DNA from: a virus
Lineage: Duplodnaviria; Caudoviricetes
DNA length: 64,000 bases
Virus record (IMG/VR): IMGVR_UViG_3300005512_000003
Strand: one strand, 5' to 3'
The translations under genes were made by a program, and so were the position numbers. The notes beneath the pieces are model-generated. The model was not told the DNA's origin, did no database searches, and saw nothing but the letters and a program-made list of their open reading frames with translations. Below are positions 58,797 to 64,000 of this stretch, piece by piece. How positions within the stretch are numbered: the first letter of the stretch is position 1; every line of letters begins with the position of its first letter.

Positions 58797-60065
58797 ATGA
58801 AAAGTTTTATACAGTTTATAAAAGAAGCAGCAACCTCACCTGCAACTCAAGCATCAAGACTTGGGTTGAAGGGTGATGGTCATGGAGGATGGTATAAAGA
58901 TGGTGAGTTCGTTGCAAAAACTGAAAAGGGTAGACTGAAGTTTTATAATAAGAATCAACGTCAAGGTAAAGATCCTGATCAAGGATCTGATGAGGCACCT
59001 AAAGCAGCACCTCAGCAGGCAGCACCAGCAGCAAAAACAGAACCTGCTGCAGCACCTGCTGAACCTCAGGGTGACTTTGGAACATTTGCTGATGGCACTC
59101 CCCGCAGGATGCCTGCACCTACTAATGCAGATGGTTCACCAAAAGAAGATCGCGGCGAAGTTACATTGACCTTTGGTAGGTTTAATGTTCCTACAACGGG
59201 ACATGAAAAACTTTTCCAGCAAGCACAGAAAGCAGCAGGAAAGGGAGATCTCCGAATCTATCCTTCTCGTTCAGTAGATCCCAAGAAGAATCCTTTGGAT
59301 CCTGATGAAAAGATTGATCTGATGCAAAAGATGTTCCCAGATTATTCTAAGAACATTGTCAACGATCCAAACATCAAAACTGTTTATGATGCACTGAAGC
59401 AAGCACATCAAGACGGATATACTAAAGTTCGTGTTGTTGTTGGTGATGATAGAGTTAAAGAGTTTTCAAAGGCGGATACTTATAACGGGAAACTCTTTGA
59501 TTTTACTGATATGGAGACAGTTTCTGCTGGTGAGAGGGATCCTGATGCAGAAGGTATAGAAGGAATGTCCGCATCCAAGATGCGTAAGGCAGCAGCAGAA
59601 AATGATTTCAAAACTTTCCGCTCTGGTATGCCTAAGAGCATTGATGATAAAGAAGCAAAGATGATCATGGCAACCATTCGTAAAAGAATGAATGTTGAGG
59701 AGGGATGGAATCTTTGGGAGATTGCTCCAAAGTTTGACTGGGAAAGTCTTCGTGAAAACTATGTCAATGAAATCATCTTTAAAGTTGGAGACATTGTAGA
59801 GAACCTCAACAGTGGATTGGTTGGAAAGATTATTCGTCGTGGTGCAAACTATCTTATCTGTGTCACAGAAGATAACATGATGTTCAAGTCATGGATCAAG
59901 GATGTTAACGAAAAGGTTGAGAACTATCCTGGACCTGGAGGCATTCCTGCGGATCAAAGAGAAATTGGAACAGATGCTCATAGAGAATACGTTATGAGAA
60001 TGACTGGTACTAAAGAAATCCGCAACTTCATAAATAAGTATAAGAAAAAGACTAAGAGTAACTGA
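58797..60065 (+). CDS. HxGH nucleotidyltransferase (cytidyltransferase-like) with capsid-targeting-like N-terminus
   Basis: MKSFIQFIKE, TFGRFN.PTTGHEKL, KNPL, GDDR, MSASKMR; C-terminal SH3-like module. Confidence 0.8.
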   Translation: MKSFIQFIKEAATSPATQASRLGLKGDGHGGWYKDGEFVAKTEKGRLKFYNKNQRQGKDPDQGSDEAPKAAPQQAAPAAKTEPAAAPAEPQGDFGTFADGTPRRMPAPTNADGSPKEDRGEVTLTFGRFNVPTTGHEKLFQQAQKAAGKGDLRIYPSRSVDPKKNPLDPDEKIDLMQKMFPDYSKNIVNDPNIKTVYDALKQAHQDGYTKVRVVVGDDRVKEFSKADTYNGKLFDFTDMETVSAGERDPDAEGIEGMSASKMRKAAAENDFKTFRSGMPKSIDDKEAKMIMATIRKRMNVEEGWNLWEIAPKFDWESLRENYVNEIIFKVGDIVENLNSGLVGKIIRRGANYLICVTEDNMMFKSWIKDVNEKVENYPGPGGIPADQREIGTDAHREYVMRMTGTKEIRNFINKYKKKTKSN

Positions 60066-60066
60066 A

Positions 60067-62517
60067 ATGTCAGAGATGAATAATCTTTTAGACTTGAACC
60101 AAGTCTATATGAAAGAGGTTTTCAAACCTCAACTTGGTAAAGACACCAAGAAGGAAGAACCAAAATCCGAAGCGAAGCCAGAAGCAAAAGGTGATGGCGG
60201 CGGAAAGGATAAGAAAGAAGCATCCTCTGAAAAGAGAGTTCGTCAAGCTGTCTATGACATTCGTTATAGAGCAAGAAGAGAAGAGATTCCTTTGTCAAAA
60301 GCATATACTCAGTACATGCAGAACACCACTATGAGTGGTCCTGAGAAGTCTGCTGTTAAAGGTAAACTCGGTGAGTCTGTAGAGTTTACTGAAGAGACAA
60401 CAGAAACCAAATATCAAATTCGTGTAAAGGATAAGAACAGTGGCAAGTCATACACCCGTATGGCAACCCGCGAAAAGATCAATCAACTGCGTGCAAATCC
60501 AAACATCGCATCAGTTGAGATGACTAAGTATGGCACTCCTTATGAAGGTGAGAGAAAGAAAGGCGAGCAAACTGCAGCAACTAAGTCTGGTAAAGGTTTA
60601 GATCCTGTTGGTAAGGAAGATGGTGATGTCAACAATGATGGCAAGAAAGACAAGACCGATAAGTATCTGATGAAGCGTCGTGATGCTATTGGTAAGGCAA
60701 TGTCAAAGAGAAAGGGTAAAGTTTCCGAATCAAAAGACGTTGAGGTTCCTTCAAAAGATCTGAAAGGTGCTGTTAAGAAAGCAGTCAAAAGAATTGATAA
60801 CAATGTAAGTGGTGACGTTGACAAGAATGATAAGTCAATGGGTAACTTTGGTGAGTTTGTTCCATCTGTTGATGGTAAGAAGAAAGTAGTAACCAAGATC
60901 GGTGAAGGTTTCTCTAACTGGAGAGAAGAGTTTGTATTTGAGGTTGAGGAAAAAGAAACTGATGATATTCCTAAAATCAAAGAGAAGAAGGTCACCAATA
61001 AGGTAAAGATCAACCCTGAAATGAAGGAAGCTGTTGAAGAGATTGGTGGAACTCTGCTTGAGTCCATTGAGATTGATGAGTTTGACTTCATCATTGAAGG
61101 CGTATATGATGAACTCCTTGAAGAGGGATTCTCTGAAGATGAGATTGAAGAATCAATCGAGTATGCGCTTGAAGCAAAAGTAACAATGGGTCATGACACC
61201 GAAGGTGGTAGTGCTCCTCGTATGAGAGATAAACTCAAGAGCAAGGCAAAAGAGTTTCTTGCAAAGGCAGCAGTCAAAGGTTATAACAAAGCAAGAGACC
61301 TGAAGAGAGCAGCAGAACCTACAGTTCAAAGAGCAAAGACTTCTCTGAAGCGTGGTATTAAGAAAGCAGCACTTAAGGTTGCTGATCGTATGAGTGAAGA
61401 TGTTGAGCAACTTGATGAGATCTCTGCAAATCTTGCTCTGACTGCATCACAGAAAGCAGATGAGATGCGTCGTAAGGCATCACTTGCTGGTGATAGAGAG
61501 ACTGCTGCTAAAAAAGCACAGCAAGCATCTAACCTTTATAAAGGTGTAGCAGCGAGACGTGCTAGAGAGAGAATGGCAAAAGAGGAAGTTGAAGCAGTTG
61601 ATGAAGCAATGAGTTCTTATGATCGTAATCGTAAGAGAGCAGCACAGAGAGCAGCAGCAAGAAATGCTGCTAGAGATGCTGGTAAGACTGGTGTAGTTCC
61701 TGGTGTTGGATATGTTTCTCCTAGAAGGGAGAGAGAAACTTATGTTGACTCTGCAGGCACTACCAGACATAAGTCAGGTGCTAAAATGGAAGAAGTTGAG
61801 AATGTAGAAGAACTCTACAAGGGTAAGCACGGTCAGTCTGAGAAAGAGTATCAGGACTCCCGCTCTGATGCTGGTAAGATGGTATCAGGTGACTCTAAGA
61901 TGAGTGGATCTGCATATTCCTCCCGCGCAACTAGCAGCACTGGTCCTAATCCAGCTGGTGGTTCTAAGAAACCAGCAGGTCAGGGTCGTATGACCAAAGG
62001 TGCAAGAGCTGACTTGGAACTTCGTAAGGCAAACATGATGAAGAAAGAAGAGGCAGCGATGTCTCCTCAAGAGATTCAACTCCAGAAGAGAAAGGCACAA
62101 ATTGATAAGATGATTGCTCAAAAGAGGCAGCAAGCACTCTCAAAAGCAAAATCCTCTGAAGCACCTGCAAAGGCAATGGATGAAGCAACCTATCCTTCAG
62201 ACTTTAGAAATCCTGATGGTTCTAAGAGATCTGTCGCCAAGAAAAAGGATGGCAGACCGATTCAGCATGATCAACCAACAAAGGGTGGTCGCAGAAAGAC
62301 TGTTGATGAATCAGCAGAGGATCGTTTGAGAGATCGTCGCATGGAGCGTGGTGGTGTTGATGGTAACGTTGATTACCGTCGTCCTGCCAGAACAGCGACA
62401 GGTCCTAAGAAGAAACCATCTGGTAACTCAATGTCTGCTTTCGATAAGGTAGTTGGAGACCTTAAAGCAAAGTATGGTGACAAGGCAGTTATGGCAAAGA
62501 AAACTGAAAGAAAGTGA
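60067..62517 (+). CDS. Large charged modular protein, probable head-internal protein
   Basis: AVYDIRYRARRE, EF-hand-like DGDVNNDGKKD.TD, and many V/L-x-E-delimited basic modules. Confidence 0.65.
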   Translation: MSEMNNLLDLNQVYMKEVFKPQLGKDTKKEEPKSEAKPEAKGDGGGKDKKEASSEKRVRQAVYDIRYRARREEIPLSKAYTQYMQNTTMSGPEKSAVKGKLGESVEFTEETTETKYQIRVKDKNSGKSYTRMATREKINQLRANPNIASVEMTKYGTPYEGERKKGEQTAATKSGKGLDPVGKEDGDVNNDGKKDKTDKYLMKRRDAIGKAMSKRKGKVSESKDVEVPSKDLKGAVKKAVKRIDNNVSGDVDKNDKSMGNFGEFVPSVDGKKKVVTKIGEGFSNWREEFVFEVEEKETDDIPKIKEKKVTNKVKINPEMKEAVEEIGGTLLESIEIDEFDFIIEGVYDELLEEGFSEDEIEESIEYALEAKVTMGHDTEGGSAPRMRDKLKSKAKEFLAKAAVKGYNKARDLKRAAEPTVQRAKTSLKRGIKKAALKVADRMSEDVEQLDEISANLALTASQKADEMRRKASLAGDRETAAKKAQQASNLYKGVAARRARERMAKEEVEAVDEAMSSYDRNRKRAAQRAAARNAARDAGKTGVVPGVGYVSPRRERETYVDSAGTTRHKSGAKMEEVENVEELYKGKHGQSEKEYQDSRSDAGKMVSGDSKMSGSAYSSRATSSTGPNPAGGSKKPAGQGRMTKGARADLELRKANMMKKEEAAMSPQEIQLQKRKAQIDKMIAQKRQQALSKAKSSEAPAKAMDEATYPSDFRNPDGSKRSVAKKKDGRPIQHDQPTKGGRRKTVDESAEDRLRDRRMERGGVDGNVDYRRPARTATGPKKKPSGNSMSAFDKVVGDLKAKYGDKAVMAKKTERK

Positions 62518-62518
62518 C

Positions 62519-62977
62519 ATGCCAGCAGTCTCCAAAGCGCAACAAAGATTCTTCGGGATGGTTAGGGCGACTCAGAAAGGGGAAATGGAAAACCCCTCAC
62601 CTGAGGTTGCCAAAGTTGCTGCCACCGCCAAGCGTTCCGACGTAAAGAAGTTTGCTTCTACTAAACACGATAAACTTCCCGAAAAGAAGCGTGTAGAGGA
62701 AGAAAGAAACTGTGGGTGTGGACAGACTCCTTGTAAAACTTATGGTAAGAAAAAAGTACAGGAAGGGTTCAAGACAGATATTCTTACTGATCGTAAGTAT
62801 GCCAAGAGGGTTTTGGAGAGGGAAAAGCAGAATAAAGAACGTGATTCTCGTATAAAGCATGGAAAGAACTGGAAACAGTTTACTCGTGATGTAGAATCAG
62901 TGAAAACACGTCTCCGTCCTGGTGAAGTTAAGAAATGGGATAAGGAAAAGAAAAAATATGTTTCAAATAAAGATTGA
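62519..62977 (+). CDS. Basic conserved protein (DUF3008-like N-terminus)
   Basis: MPA.SKAQQRFFGMV, FASTKH..LP, LRPGEVK.WD. Confidence 0.65.
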   Translation: MPAVSKAQQRFFGMVRATQKGEMENPSPEVAKVAATAKRSDVKKFASTKHDKLPEKKRVEEERNCGCGQTPCKTYGKKKVQEGFKTDILTDRKYAKRVLEREKQNKERDSRIKHGKNWKQFTRDVESVKTRLRPGEVKKWDKEKKKYVSNKD

Positions 62978-63011
62978 TTTTCATATATAGAATGTAGACT
63001 TGAGGTTCATC

Positions 63012-63221
63012 ATGCTTGCATTTTTACTTCCCCTTGCATCAAAGGTAATCTCCGATGCCGTTAACAAGATTCCAGAAAACGAAGAACTCGGTGAAAAGTT
63101 GGTTGAGATCTGTCTTGTTATCTTGGGTAAAGCGGTTAAGCTGACCAAGACTGACATGGACGATCAACTCTTGGAAGTCGTCAAAAAGGCGATGGTAGCA
63201 AGAGAGACAGAAGAGGGATAG
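63012..63221 (+). CDS. Small conserved hypothetical protein
   Basis: FLLPLA.K.I, LT.TDMDD.LL. Confidence 0.6.
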   Translation: MLAFLLPLASKVISDAVNKIPENEELGEKLVEICLVILGKAVKLTKTDMDDQLLEVVKKAMVARETEEG

Positions 63222-63271
63222 TCCCCGCTTTTTATAAATATCAATAGGTAAATTATTAATAGGAAAAAGAC

Positions 63272-63799
63272 ATGGCACTCTGGGGAAATAATGCCGCTGT
63301 GGAGTCAGGTGGAACTGTAACCGTTGATTATACGACTCTTGAAGTCCTTGGTAGTGGTACTACTTTTGGTTCTGCTGGTTTCGCTAAAACTGGTCAAACG
63401 ATTGAGTTCGGAACCCGTGCAGGAACCTGGCATGGTACTGCAGTCATTGTTGGTATTGCCAGCACGACTAATCTGTCCATTGCTTCAACGGCAGGTCTCT
63501 CTGGTGCTGCCATCGCCGCAACTTCATTCACAGTGAGTGAAGCACCAATCTATGCATCAGCGGATTCACATTTCAGTGAACTTAACACTGATTATGACGC
63601 TGTTGTATATGGTGTTAGCGGCGCAAGTGGAGTAGTTCCTGAATATCAGGTAACTCATGAAGGTTGGGTTGGTGTTACAACATACACTGACACACACGGA
63701 AACCTGAGAGTCAAGAAAGAAACTCTGGTTGCTATGTCTGGTATCACAACTGAGGCAGATGGAACGGATGCACTGACGTATCCAACTAAGGAGGGATGA
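63272..63799 (+). CDS. Virion structural protein
   Basis: MALWG, H.GWVG..TY.D.HGNLRVK.E.LVAMS; TATAAATA at 63233-40. Confidence 0.7.
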   Translation: MALWGNNAAVESGGTVTVDYTTLEVLGSGTTFGSAGFAKTGQTIEFGTRAGTWHGTAVIVGIASTTNLSIASTAGLSGAAIAATSFTVSEAPIYASADSHFSELNTDYDAVVYGVSGASGVVPEYQVTHEGWVGVTTYTDTHGNLRVKKETLVAMSGITTEADGTDALTYPTKEG

Positions 63800-63808
63800 T
63801 AATTTGAT

Positions 63809-64000
63809 ATGATTTTCAATGAGTTGAATGAGGATACATTCTTACTTTTCGCTATTAAGCATTATCAAAATCCTCAAGCGGTAACAAAAGAAGACTTCGA
63901 TAGGGATTTAAATCATTTTAAATATATCAAACGATTGCTGAAACGATATAGAAACACAGGTGAGTTAAAATCTCACCTGTTGATAAATCACTTTATCATT
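63809..64000 (+). CDS. Conserved hypothetical protein, 3'-truncated
   Basis: M.F.ELNE..F.LFAIKHY.NP...T.EDF..DL..FKYIKRL. Confidence 0.65.
   Translation, partial: MIFNELNEDTFLLFAIKHYQNPQAVTKEDFDRDLNHFKYIKRLLKRYRNTGELKSHLLINHFII

Larger units (their letters stand above)
4305..63240 (+). promoter_or_regulatory. Recurrent gp55-type late promoters (A/C/G)TAAATA in intergenic gaps (dispersed, not one element)
   Basis: Copies near 4305, 9287, 10759, 11512, 13543, 14350, 19103, 22076, 23975, 24995, 27659, 29341, 36258, 47050, 55252, 56690, 58770, 60030 and 63233. Confidence 0.75.

Overview
A 64-kb, almost entirely + strand segment of a T4-like myovirus genome, most likely a cyanophage (judged from gene order and the hsp20, mazG, cobS-like and 2OG-oxygenase genes). 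It contains the late structural and packaging module (VrlC-like baseplate/tail proteins, g13-g23, g3), then uvsY/uvsW, then the replication and transcription module (g55, g47, g46, g45, g44, g62, regA, g43, uvsX, g41, mazG), a tRNA-Ala(UGC), and a block of probable virion-internal proteins. The clearest unusual system is a fractured gp41 helicase gene: the N-half ends in the N-fragment of a Gp41-1-type split intein, a free-standing GIY-YIG endonuclease follows (late promoter inside an inverted repeat), and the intein C-fragment is fused to the helicase C-half. The helicase must therefore be made by protein trans-splicing. Other notable signals: (1) an antisense HNH gene that displaced and replaced the gp44 C-terminus and has its promoter bracketed by copies of the target sequence; (2) a ParB-like gene with an 18-bp palindromic leader, flanked by 17-bp direct repeats; (3) a probable unannotated KxDG ligase-fold protein next to a nucleotidyltransferase carrying a T4-type capsid-targeting sequence; (4) two antisense sigma70-type promoters pointing into late operons; (5) a dual-coded acidic/basic peptide pair. 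All calls come from motif recognition by eye; no searches were run.
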